The translations under genes were made by a program, and so were the position numbers. Positions 38,530-47,429 of a DNA stretch of 64,000 nucleotides are shown in pieces. The notes under the pieces were generated by a model. The model was not told where the DNA came from. It ran no database searches and was given only the letters and a program-made list of their open reading frames with translations. Positions within the stretch are counted from its first letter, which is position 1. Every line of letters begins with the position of its first letter. Source of the DNA: Candidatus Poribacteria bacterium (GTDB taxonomy: Bacteria; Poribacteria; WGA-4E; WGA-3G); NCBI GenBank assembly GCA_965205015.1, contig OZ242029.1:3840001-3904000 (forward strand), given 5' to 3'.

Positions 38530-38651
38530 GTAGCATAAACTGTTGGTTTGTGCAGTCAAAACTGTAGTCCGTAATGAAATGGAGGACGGATAGATGGAAC
38601 GCACACAATAGTTCAAACGTCCTTGATAATTCCGCAAGGTAAAATTAAAAA
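38530..38651 (+). repeat. REP-like hairpin plus family A element ending at the purQ ATG
   Basis: GTAGCATAAAC-TGTTG-GTTTGTGC, then GTAG-TCC-GTAATGAAATGGA-GGA-CGG...CCGCAAGGTAAAATTAAAAA-ATG. Confidence 0.85.
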
Positions 38652-39440
38652 ATGAAACCAAAGGCACTTATTTTACGGACTGCAGGCACGAACTGCGACG
38701 CGGAAACGGATATGGCGTTCCAGTTCGCGGGAGCAGAGACAGCGTTAGTCCATATTCAACACCTCATATCAGGCAGAGTTAATCTTGCCGACTATCAAAT
38801 TCTCGCGATCCCCGGTGGATTCTCCTACGGCGATGACATTGCGGCGGGTATCCTGTTAGCCGTCGAGATGAAACACAAACTGACAGACGCGTTGAATCGA
38901 TTTGTCGAAGATGGCAAGTTAATAATTGGCATCTGCAACGGGTTTCAAGTGCTTGTGCGAACAGGCTTACTGCCCGGCAATGGAGCATCAGAGATGCGGC
39001 AGCGCGCCACATTGGCGATGAATACCTCAGCGAAATTCGAGTGTCGGTGGGTGGATCTGGAAACACAGGAGAGTCCGTGTGTCTTTACAACCGGAGTCAA
39101 AGCACGTATGTATCTCCCCGTTGCGCACGCTGAAGGTAGATTTACTGCCCCCGCGAAGGTGCTCTCAGAATTGGAAGCGAACGATCAGGTCGTGTTTCGG
39201 TATGCCGAGAATAGATACCCTAACAATCCGAACGGTTCCGATAGCGATATTGCGGGTATCTGTGATGCAACGGGCAAAATTTTCGGATTAATGCCCCATC
39301 CAGAACGGTTCCTGACGAAATGGAATCATCCGCGTTGGACACGGAACCCCGCGAACACCCAAGAGATCGATTCTGAAGAAGGCGACGGATTGGTTATCTT
39401 CAAAAACGCGGTTAATTACGTCTTTTCTAATTTTCCTTAA
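38652..39440 (+). CDS. purQ: Phosphoribosylformylglycinamidine synthase subunit PurQ
   Basis: GTNCD, PGGFSYGD, GICNGFQ, AHAEG, NPNGS, MPHPER. Confidence 0.97.
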   Translation: MKPKALILRTAGTNCDAETDMAFQFAGAETALVHIQHLISGRVNLADYQILAIPGGFSYGDDIAAGILLAVEMKHKLTDALNRFVEDGKLIIGICNGFQVLVRTGLLPGNGASEMRQRATLAMNTSAKFECRWVDLETQESPCVFTTGVKARMYLPVAHAEGRFTAPAKVLSELEANDQVVFRYAENRYPNNPNGSDSDIAGICDATGKIFGLMPHPERFLTKWNHPRWTRNPANTQEIDSEEGDGLVIFKNAVNYVFSNFP

Positions 39441-39448
39441 ATTAAAAA

Positions 39449-39883
39449 ATGTCAAATAAGTTATATCGGCGTCTACTCCCATTTTATATGAAATTGCCTG
39501 TCTTTTGGGCATTCATAATTCTTTCGGTATTAGGACAACTGCTTTGGGTGGTTGTCGTTTCACAGGATGTCCGGATTGACCTCCGGTGGTCGAGTTTCGG
39601 CTACGGCTTAGGGATCGGTTTGGGTTTCATGCAGGGGAAGTGGACGTCTCGGCTGTGGGATCAATCGTATCTACAGGTTCTAAAGCGGCAGATAACTTTC
39701 TGGGAAGCAAAAGGTGCGAAACTTCTGACCTTTTATACCTGCGTTGCACTCGGTTTACCGATTCTTTGTCCCTTCCTTATTCGTTCACTCGATACGTTGG
39801 TGGGCATCCAATCCTATGTTTTCGGCTTTATCGGCGCGATGAATGTGGCGTTGCTGCTCTGGGTGCGGCGCATGCCAAAGTGA
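39449..39883 (+). CDS. Hypothetical membrane protein (about 4 TM)
   Basis: 144 aa hydrophobic ORF 8 bp after purQ. Confidence 0.7.
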   Translation: MSNKLYRRLLPFYMKLPVFWAFIILSVLGQLLWVVVVSQDVRIDLRWSSFGYGLGIGLGFMQGKWTSRLWDQSYLQVLKRQITFWEAKGAKLLTFYTCVALGLPILCPFLIRSLDTLVGIQSYVFGFIGAMNVALLLWVRRMPK

Positions 39884-39921
39884 ATTTACAGTAAATAGTC
39901 ATTTTAAACATTGACAAGTAA

Positions 39922-39950
39922 TTGAAAAGTCGTTCCAAATGTGGTAAACT
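39922..39950 (+). promoter_or_regulatory. Sigma70-type promoter
   Basis: TTGAAA-17 bp-TAAACT with extended TG. Confidence 0.55.
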
Positions 39951-39996
39951 CTATGTAAGGATGAACAGATTCAGAACGATTACTGGAGAATTCAAC

Positions 39997-40515
39997 ATGC
40001 GTCCGTTGACAATTTCCCTACCAGATTACCTCTATAAAAAACTGGCACAACAAGCTAAAGTGTCTGAAACCTCCCTTGAAGAACTTGTGTTGTTTCAACT
40101 CAAGCGCGACGAGGCAAAAGGTGCTGCCCTGACCTTCTTACAAAAGCGAGCGGGTAGATGTTTGACGGTAAGAGAACCTATTCTTAAACAATCAACACCC
40201 GCTACTTGGGTAGTTCCCATTTTCACCAACGTCGCGCCTCCTGTCGAAGTTGGGGAGATATTCGTTGATGCTAACACTGGCGAAATTTTAAGCGCAGAGA
40301 TGGACGTGACTGAAATGATTAAGAAGGGACACGTGAGTTTTGGGTTTAAGTCTCTCGCTGTTGAAAAGCAGAAACGTTTGGCAGAACTCCTTGCCTTGAA
40401 CAATGAAAAAGTGTTAGAATCGGAATCAAAAAAAGAAATGGAAGCACTCCTCGCTGAAGAGCAAGCTCTCCAAATTCAAAATCTCGAAACACTGGAGAGA
40501 CGGCTTTTATCATGA
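39997..40515 (+). CDS. Putative antitoxin: RHH-like N-terminus, PepSY-like middle, helical C-terminus
   Basis: MRPLTISLPDYLYKKL..A...SLEE, W.VP...GEIFVDANTGEI, QKRLAELL......L...E.EAL; GGAG RBS. Confidence 0.65.
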   Translation: MRPLTISLPDYLYKKLAQQAKVSETSLEELVLFQLKRDEAKGAALTFLQKRAGRCLTVREPILKQSTPATWVVPIFTNVAPPVEVGEIFVDANTGEILSAEMDVTEMIKKGHVSFGFKSLAVEKQKRLAELLALNNEKVLESESKKEMEALLAEEQALQIQNLETLERRLLS

Positions 40516-40529
40516 GCAAGGCGTGATAT

Positions 40530-40937
40530 ATGCGTATAGGTAATCCATTGCGCAGTCCTGTGGCAAGCCGCGCAAATGAACGGTGTGAGTATTGTCAATA
40601 TCCAGAACAATTTTCTCCCTCCTCCTTTCAAGTCGAGCATATTGTGCCAAGATCAAGAGGCGGTCTGACAGAACCTACCAATCTGGCACTTGCCTGTTCA
40701 CATTGTAACGCGCACAAGGCTACGCGCGAAAACGGGACTGATCCATTGACGGGAATAGATGTTAGACTTTTCAACCCCCGGATTGATGACTGGACAGTTC
40801 ATTTTCTTTTAAATCGAGAGACTGGAGAGATTGAGGGACAAACATCAATAGGTCGGACAACAGTCGAAATACTCCTAATGAATGCTGAACAACCGATTCG
40901 AGCACGCAGGAACTTGATAAAACTTGAGGTTTTGTAA
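40530..40937 (+). CDS. HNH endonuclease (putative toxin)
   Basis: RCEYC, EHIVPRSRGG, NLALACSHCN..K, LFNPR..W..HF, GRTT..L.MN. Confidence 0.92.
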   Translation: MRIGNPLRSPVASRANERCEYCQYPEQFSPSSFQVEHIVPRSRGGLTEPTNLALACSHCNAHKATRENGTDPLTGIDVRLFNPRIDDWTVHFLLNRETGEIEGQTSIGRTTVEILLMNAEQPIRARRNLIKLEVL

Positions 40938-41027
40938 AAACACAAGAAGTCCTGTCAATCGATGAGTGCTGATTCTTGAAATACTTCCGACCCCTACGGA
41001 GATTTCTCACTTAAACCTCCCGAAAAT

Positions 41028-42767
41028 ATGAAACTTGATAGAAACCAAGAAAAAGCCGTGAATCACGGCGCGGGTCCTGCTATCGTCATCGCGGGACCCG
41101 GTAGCGGCAAAACGACAGTCGTAACGGCACGAATTCTGAACCTTATCCAGACGCATAACATCCCACCTTTACAAATTCTTGCTATTGCCTTTAATAGAAA
41201 AGCAGTTGAAGAGATGGAGACGCGCATTTTGAGAGAACTGATGCCGTCACAGTCCTCTGATAAGACTGAAACAGATAAAAAACCCGAAATTCGGACGCTT
41301 CATGCATTCGGTAAAGATATTATCACTGAAAACTATAAACGTGCGGGATTCAACGAATATCCTGAGATCTGGGCGGGGCAGATAGACGAAATCATCGCAC
41401 AAGAACGGATGCAGATTGAACGGGAAGCCTCCAATGTTTCGGTTGCCATCTATAAAATAGAGAGTAAAAGTACCGGCAAATGTTATATTGGACAAACGAC
41501 ACAGCCAGAACGGCGGTGGAAGGAACACTTTGAAGACTCATCAAATGACAGACTTCGACAAGCGATCCGATCTGAAGGCGCGTCAGAATTCAGTTTTGAG
41601 GTGCTTGAACGGGTGCCAGGGCGAGAGGCGAACCCTCGCGAGGCACACTGGATTGATTTCTACAAAAACCAGACAAGTGTGTTTAATCGTGCAGATCCGT
41701 TGCGAGTGCAGTATAGCAACCAACTAATTCTCGAAATGTTCTGTCAGCATTTTGATATCCCATATAAAGAACACCTCGACAGAAACCCTGATTTTGAGAA
41801 TCTCCGCGATCGCTTCAACGAGATAAAAGAGACCGTTATGCGAGCGAAACGCAAGGTCACCACCGGATTGTTCGACCCAACAACCCTTGACGACCCCGTA
41901 GCACAGGCATTTGCCGTAAAATATGAGACGCTCAAAACCGAGGCAAACGCCGTCGATTTCGAGGATATGATTATCCACGCCGCGAACCTGCTTGAAACGT
42001 GCCCGGATCTTCGGCAAACCTATCGCGACAGATACCCGTATCTGCTTGTTGACGAATTCCAAGATATTTCACCCACCGACTTCCGATTGGTTTCGCTTTT
42101 ATCGGCGAACCTCTTTGCTGTCGGCGACGACGACCAAGCGATTTACGGGTTTCGTGGCGGCGATTCCGAAATTATGCAGGAATTCACGGATCGACGCGAT
42201 GTCGCGAAATACGAAATCACGCGAAACTATCGCTCCACATCAACGATTGTTGAGCACGCAAGAGCCTTGATTGAACGCAATGCGCCGCGCATTCGTAAGA
42301 ATCTCCGCGCCCACAATCCATGCCAGCAGGACATAAAGATTGTCGGAACGACCCCTGAGACTATAGAAACCCTCTTACGCCGTGAATTGAGATCCTCTCA
42401 GGAGACCGCTGTGTTGGCGCGCACGAACTACGAAACCGACTGTATTCAAGAGATGCTCGCTGGACACGCGCATCCTGTCGAGGTGACGACGATCCACAGA
42501 GCCAAAGGTAGGGAATGGGAAAAGGTTATCCTTGTCCATAACACATTGGCGCGGCGTTTCCCGCGGCGTGATAGTAAACTCGCAGAGGAGCGTCGTGTCT
42601 TCTACGTCGCGATGACGCGTGCTAAAGCGGAATTAGTGGTGCTTGGTGGACAGTGTCCGTTTGTGCCGGAGTTTGAGAAAATCCGCAAAAATATCGGTTA
42701 CTATCTCCGACAGTTTGCGTATTGGCGGGCGAGAAGGAAATTGAAAAAGAAAAGTGACTCAAAATAG
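41028..42767 (+). CDS. UvrD/PcrA-like SF1A helicase with internal GIY-YIG nuclease domain
   Basis: AGPGSGKT, AFNRKA, TLHAFG, VDEFQD, VGDDDQAIYGFRG, NYRS, TIHRAKGRE, EERRVFYVAMTRAK; inserted AIYKI...CYIGQT...RWKEH...E..WI. Confidence 0.9.
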   Translation: MKLDRNQEKAVNHGAGPAIVIAGPGSGKTTVVTARILNLIQTHNIPPLQILAIAFNRKAVEEMETRILRELMPSQSSDKTETDKKPEIRTLHAFGKDIITENYKRAGFNEYPEIWAGQIDEIIAQERMQIEREASNVSVAIYKIESKSTGKCYIGQTTQPERRWKEHFEDSSNDRLRQAIRSEGASEFSFEVLERVPGREANPREAHWIDFYKNQTSVFNRADPLRVQYSNQLILEMFCQHFDIPYKEHLDRNPDFENLRDRFNEIKETVMRAKRKVTTGLFDPTTLDDPVAQAFAVKYETLKTEANAVDFEDMIIHAANLLETCPDLRQTYRDRYPYLLVDEFQDISPTDFRLVSLLSANLFAVGDDDQAIYGFRGGDSEIMQEFTDRRDVAKYEITRNYRSTSTIVEHARALIERNAPRIRKNLRAHNPCQQDIKIVGTTPETIETLLRRELRSSQETAVLARTNYETDCIQEMLAGHAHPVEVTTIHRAKGREWEKVILVHNTLARRFPRRDSKLAEERRVFYVAMTRAKAELVVLGGQCPFVPEFEKIRKNIGYYLRQFAYWRARRKLKKKSDSK

Positions 42768-42782
42768 GAATTGTGGTATAAT
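42754..42782 (+). promoter_or_regulatory. Sigma70-type promoter
   Basis: GTGACT-17 bp-TATAAT with extended TG. Confidence 0.55.
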
Positions 42783-42840
42783 TCTACTAAAAGCGGGTTT
42801 GAATTGGCACAATCGCTAAAAAAACAGAAGGAGCACACAA

Positions 42841-43110
42841 ATGACAAACGAAGAACTTTATCAACTGATGAAAGATGGTTTCGATCAGATGAAAACAGAA
42901 ATCAACCAACGTTTTGCAGAGGTCAATCAGCGTCTGGATAGGGTAGAGACCCGGTTAGATGGGATGGATGCCCGGCTCCGCACGGTTGAAAACGGTATAT
43001 CCGAACTCAAGGGCAAGCAAAATGCAATTGCGGGAGTGCGGAGTTGGATAACGGTTGCATGTGCCATCGGTGCCATAATTATCTCCATTGCCGTCGCTAT
43101 TTTCAAATAA
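42841..43110 (+). CDS. Small coiled-coil protein with C-terminal TM anchor (XhlA/Bdr-like architecture)
   Basis: Heptads INQRFAE-VNQRLDR-VETRLDG-MDARLRT, hydrophobic tail, AAGGAG RBS. Confidence 0.8.
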   Translation: MTNEELYQLMKDGFDQMKTEINQRFAEVNQRLDRVETRLDGMDARLRTVENGISELKGKQNAIAGVRSWITVACAIGAIIISIAVAIFK

Positions 43111-43169
43111 CCCTCAAACGCCTGCCATAAAAAATTGCTCCATTACAAATACCAAGTTCCAGTCTCTGT

Positions 43170-45095
43170 ATGGCAAACGCAACCTTGAAAAACCAAAATT
43201 CCCACCCCGGCGTAACGTTCCGTGCCATTGTCCTCGGTTTGCTACTGATCCCAGTAAATACCTACTTCATCATGGCAAACCACCTCAAATTCTGGAGCAC
43301 TCTCCCGACGACGATGTCCCTCATCTATAACGTGATTATCACGTTGATGGTGCTCATTCCGTTTAACCTGCTGCTGAATCGGTTTCTGCCGCGGTTTGCG
43401 CTGAGACAGGGTGAACTTCTGACGGTCTTCGTGATGCTGTCGCTGTCTTCGGCGATCGCGGGGCACGATATGATGCAAACGGTTATCCCGACGATATCGG
43501 ATGCGTTTTGGTTCGCGACCCCTGAGAACGAATGGAAACAACTGTTTTGGCGGTATCTCCCGCCGTGGCTGACCTCTAACGATATGGCAAGCCTGCAGGC
43601 GTTCTACGACGGAGAGAGTACTATCTATAGGATGGTCCATCTGCGCGGATGGTTACGCCCGATTCTCTGGTGGACGCTCTTTCTGACGGTTCTCATCTGG
43701 GTGATGATCTGCTTGGACGTTTTTCTCCGAAAACAGTGGATCGAGCATGAACGATTGACATACCCTATCGTGCAATTGCCGTTGGAAATGACAAGGCTCG
43801 ACGGACGACTTTTCCGATCGCCGATGATGTGGCTTGGGTTCTTGATTGCAGGCGGTATCAATCTCATCAATGGTCTCCATGTGCTTTTCCCCGAGATCCC
43901 TGAAGTCCCGGTACGGCACGCTGAACTGGGTCAATACTTCACACAGAAGCCGTGGAATTCAATGGGATGGACACCGGTGTATGTGCGTTCGTTCGCCGTT
44001 GGACTCGCTTATCTGATGCCACTGGAAATGTCGTTTTCAATTTGGTTTTTTTACTGGTTTTGGAAAGCACAACGGATCCTGGGCAGCGCACTCGGTCTTG
44101 ACGTTATGCCGGGGTTTCCTTATGACTGGCAACAGGTGATGGGGGGGTATCTTGTGCTTGCGTGTCTCGCACTGTGGGGGGGACGCCGCTACTTTCTTAG
44201 GATGCTCAAGTATATCTTTCGATGGCGTAAGGCTCCCGGCGACATTGACGACAGTAGAGAACCGATGCGTTATCGCTGGGCGGCAATTGGGTTAGTGTGC
44301 GGTTTGTTTTTCCTATGCGCTTTTTCACGACAAGGTGGAATGGAATTCTGGACAATCGGACTCTACTTTTTAATCTATTATCTGTTAGCAATGAGTCTGA
44401 CGCGTATCCGTGCTGAAGTCGGACCGCCGACGATACGGACGTATGCAACGCCTCACGATATCCTTACAGATATTTTCGGCACGCGATTGATTTCGCACGG
44501 TAGTCTAACGATGATGCGTCTCTATCTCACCTTCAATCGTGGGTCGCGCGCCCATCCGATGCCGCATACACTCGAAGGCTTCAAACTCGCAGAGGAAACA
44601 GGCATGCACTCCGGCAGACTCATCGTGGCGATGATGTTCGCCGCGGTGATCGGGATTCTGGCATCGTTTTGGGCGTATCTCGTCGTCGGATACAATATCG
44701 GTGTTGTGAGTGACCTGGGCACGGGGGGGTATAACCTTTTGCAGAGTTGGATCTATCACCCGGTTGACACCGATGTTCCTGCCGTGATTTTTATAGGCAT
44801 CGGTGCCCTTTTTACCGGCTTCTTCTGGTGGCTACGCACAATATTTCCGTTCTGGCCCTTTCATCCTGCGGGGTATATGGTCGCCGGTGAAAGATCAACG
44901 ATCGGTCGGTTGTGGTTTTCGATACTTATCAGTTGGGGTGTCAAAACAATCTTGCTGAAAGTGGGTGGGATCCGCCTCTATCGTAAAGCGTATCCGCTCT
45001 TTTTAGGACTGATTCTCGGGGAATTCATGGTAGGTGGTGTATGGGTGCTGATTCGACTCATCACAGGGATGCCGATGTATTCTTTTTATAGATGA
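43170..45095 (+). CDS. OPT-like polytopic membrane transporter (DUF6785 + DUF6784)
   Basis: Many TMs, LRKQWIEHERLTYPIVQLP, R.RAEVG, WPFHPAGY, PLFLGLILGE. Confidence 0.8.
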   Translation: MANATLKNQNSHPGVTFRAIVLGLLLIPVNTYFIMANHLKFWSTLPTTMSLIYNVIITLMVLIPFNLLLNRFLPRFALRQGELLTVFVMLSLSSAIAGHDMMQTVIPTISDAFWFATPENEWKQLFWRYLPPWLTSNDMASLQAFYDGESTIYRMVHLRGWLRPILWWTLFLTVLIWVMICLDVFLRKQWIEHERLTYPIVQLPLEMTRLDGRLFRSPMMWLGFLIAGGINLINGLHVLFPEIPEVPVRHAELGQYFTQKPWNSMGWTPVYVRSFAVGLAYLMPLEMSFSIWFFYWFWKAQRILGSALGLDVMPGFPYDWQQVMGGYLVLACLALWGGRRYFLRMLKYIFRWRKAPGDIDDSREPMRYRWAAIGLVCGLFFLCAFSRQGGMEFWTIGLYFLIYYLLAMSLTRIRAEVGPPTIRTYATPHDILTDIFGTRLISHGSLTMMRLYLTFNRGSRAHPMPHTLEGFKLAEETGMHSGRLIVAMMFAAVIGILASFWAYLVVGYNIGVVSDLGTGGYNLLQSWIYHPVDTDVPAVIFIGIGALFTGFFWWLRTIFPFWPFHPAGYMVAGERSTIGRLWFSILISWGVKTILLKVGGIRLYRKAYPLFLGLILGEFMVGGVWVLIRLITGMPMYSFYR

Positions 45096-45107
45096 AGATT
45101 TTTAAGG

Positions 45108-45302
45108 TACGTGAAACCGCTAACTTCCGTGACCGAACCGCAAGGAATAATTAAAAATAAGAATGAAGTGTCTTGTAGCATAAACTGTTAGTTTGTGCGG
45201 GTTTAACGGGACCGTAGCCTGCAACAACGGGGCAGGCGGGTCTACAGAAAGGCACGTGAAACCTTTAACTTCCCTGACCGAACCGCAAGGAATAATTAAA
45301 AA
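45108..45302 (+). repeat. Tandem family A 3' end, REP-like hairpin and full family A element ending at an ATG
   Basis: TGACCGAACCGCAAGGAATAATTAAAAA twice (45130 and 45275); GTAGCATAAAC..GTTTGTGC at 45175; GTAG-CCTGC..GCAGG at 45214. Confidence 0.88.
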
Positions 45303-46319
45303 ATGAAGATTGTTGTTCTTTCTTATAGTCACCACGGACGCAGTATGGCGCGCACGGCGCACGAACTCGGACACGAGATTGTAGGCGTCATGGATGCCGA
45401 AGCGGGACCTCGGCAACAGTTGGCAGACGATTTCCAATGTCCCGGGTATGAGACGGCAGGAACGTGCCTTGATGCGAGCAAACCGGACGCGGCTCTCGTC
45501 GCGGGGAAACACATTGAGATGCCCGACCATGTGCAGGCGTGTGTGGACCTGCGTATCCCCTATCTCTTGGATAAACCCTTCGCCGATTGTGCGGATCGGC
45601 TGCGTCCAGCCGCTGAGGCATCCGAAAAGCACGGCGTTTTCAGTGCGCTGGTGCTACCGAATCGTGCGAGTCGAATCGTGAGTGTCGTCAAAGAGATGGT
45701 CGCTGATGGGAGTTTGGGTGACCTCGTCCTATACAACAGCAGATTGAATAACGGTCCCCCATCTCGCTATGACCCGACCCCTTCGGCTTGGCATAGCACG
45801 CCGAGTATATCGGGGGGTGGATGTTGGGCAGTCGAAGCGGCACACGGCATTGACACATTCCTTCAGTTTGTTGGCGATCGGGAAATTACAGTTGTCGGCG
45901 GGGTCATGTCCAATTCCATGCACGGCCGCGTTATAGAGGACAGTGGCGTTGGCGTGCTACGAACAGAAGACGGTATCACGGGCATAATTGAATCGGGGTA
46001 TAATTATCCGTCTGGCAAACGGGGTGGCGATCATTTCTTTAGATTTATTGGAACGAAGGCATCCGTATTTGAGCAGTACGGTCGCAACGGTGAACCTCTG
46101 ATTGAAGTGCATACGACCGAAGGGGTCCAGTTTAGTGAGGACATCTCTCACGGCGCGAGGATTCAAGGTGTGATGGGGGGTGCCTTTGATGCCATCCGCG
46201 ACGGTGGCGCCTTTGAACCGACGGTTGTCGATGCGGTGCGTATCCTTGAAATCCAAGATGCCGTTTATGCGTACGCTCGACAGGGTGTAATCACCCACGG
46301 TCCGCATCCAATGGGTTGA
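45303..46319 (+). CDS. Gfo/Idh/MocA family oxidoreductase
   Basis: Rossmann-like start, LDKPFA (EKP variant), GSLGD, SGGG...E..HGID. Confidence 0.85.
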   Translation: MKIVVLSYSHHGRSMARTAHELGHEIVGVMDAEAGPRQQLADDFQCPGYETAGTCLDASKPDAALVAGKHIEMPDHVQACVDLRIPYLLDKPFADCADRLRPAAEASEKHGVFSALVLPNRASRIVSVVKEMVADGSLGDLVLYNSRLNNGPPSRYDPTPSAWHSTPSISGGGCWAVEAAHGIDTFLQFVGDREITVVGGVMSNSMHGRVIEDSGVGVLRTEDGITGIIESGYNYPSGKRGGDHFFRFIGTKASVFEQYGRNGEPLIEVHTTEGVQFSEDISHGARIQGVMGGAFDAIRDGGAFEPTVVDAVRILEIQDAVYAYARQGVITHGPHPMG

Positions 46320-46344
46320 CGACCTTCAAAATGTGTGATAGAAT
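46316..46344 (+). promoter_or_regulatory. Sigma70-type promoter
   Basis: TTGACG-17 bp-TAGAAT with extended TG. Confidence 0.6.
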
Positions 46345-46381
46345 CTTGCCATCGAAAAAATGGAATTGGAAGGAGTAGAAT

Positions 46382-47410
46382 ATGCCGAATCTAAATATGT
46401 CACAAACGCTTGCATGTGCCGTTGCTGCGGGTTTCGCGTTAGCACCTGCGTTGATTGGAAACGCTGCAAGCCACAATGCTATCTTTGCCCCGGATGCCGA
46501 ACTTAAGGAACTCTTCAATGGGGCACATTTTACGGAAGGTGTCTCCGTCGCGCCGGACGGGACGGTCTATTTCAGCGACATCACCTTCACCGATCAGACG
46601 GATATGCAAGCGGGGAATATCTGGAAACACGATCCAGAGACTGGAGAGACAACCGTTTTCCGTTCTCCGAGTGGGATGTCCAACGGCACAAAGTTTGACG
46701 CACAGGGACGTCTGGTTGTCGCAGAGGGCGCGGATTTCGGGGGACGCAGGATTACCCGAACAAACCTGACGACGGGGAAAAGCGAAATTATTGCCGGTCT
46801 GTATAACGGAAAACCCTTTAACTCGCCGAACGACCTGTCGATTGATGAGCAGGGGCGCGTCTATTTTACGGATCCTCGGTATGCCGGGCATGAACCTGTT
46901 GAACAACCCATCTTTGGCGTCTATCGGATCGATCCAGATGGTTCTGTTCATCTTATCGTTACGGATGCTGGCAAACCCAACGGCGTGGCGGTTTCGCCTG
47001 ATCAGCAAACGCTTTATGTCATCAGTCATGACAACGGTGCGATGGATAGTTTTCCTGAGGATGTACCACTGCTGAATGGACGTATGGCACTCCTCGCCTA
47101 TGACCTCTCACCGGAAGGCACAGCGACTTTCCGAAAAGTGCTGGTGGACTATGCCCCACAAGACGGGCCGGACGGTATGGTGGTTGATGCCGAAGGAAAT
47201 CTCTTCGTAGCGGTGCGCGATGAAACCCGACCGGGTGTCCGTGTGTACACGCCTGAAGGGGAGGAATTGGCGTACGTCAAGACCCCCGATAAACCCACAA
47301 ACGTCGCCTTTGGACGTGGCAAAACGAGTAAGACGCTCTACATAACCGCAGAAAATTGCCTCTACAGCATCCAAACGATGAAAGAAGGATATCACCTGCC
47401 AGCAAGGTAG
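46382..47410 (+). CDS. Secreted SMP-30/gluconolactonase
   Basis: FTEG, YFSDI, SNG..FD.QGRL, NSPND, YFTDP, PNG.A.SPD, PDGM..D..GNL. Confidence 0.93.
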   Translation: MPNLNMSQTLACAVAAGFALAPALIGNAASHNAIFAPDAELKELFNGAHFTEGVSVAPDGTVYFSDITFTDQTDMQAGNIWKHDPETGETTVFRSPSGMSNGTKFDAQGRLVVAEGADFGGRRITRTNLTTGKSEIIAGLYNGKPFNSPNDLSIDEQGRVYFTDPRYAGHEPVEQPIFGVYRIDPDGSVHLIVTDAGKPNGVAVSPDQQTLYVISHDNGAMDSFPEDVPLLNGRMALLAYDLSPEGTATFRKVLVDYAPQDGPDGMVVDAEGNLFVAVRDETRPGVRVYTPEGEELAYVKTPDKPTNVAFGRGKTSKTLYITAENCLYSIQTMKEGYHLPAR

Positions 47411-47429
47411 CCTGGTTCTACTCTTTCAT

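Noticed and set aside
41445-41690. GIY-YIG as a group I intron-encoded homing endonuclease
   Set aside because: The frame is open on both sides and the flanks look like protein linker, leaving no room for a ribozyme core.
42520-42550. ILVHNT in the helicase resembles an intein C-terminal splice motif, suggesting the GIY-YIG is an intein endonuclease
   Set aside because: It aligns with the strand after helicase motif V, lies far from the nuclease insert, and no intein N-terminal block is visible.
33561-45302. Recurring ~28 nt TGACCGAACCGCAAGG..AATTAAAAA as a CRISPR repeat
   Set aside because: Copies are dispersed or at most paired ~120-145 bp apart, the intervening sequences are themselves repeats, and no cas genes are present.
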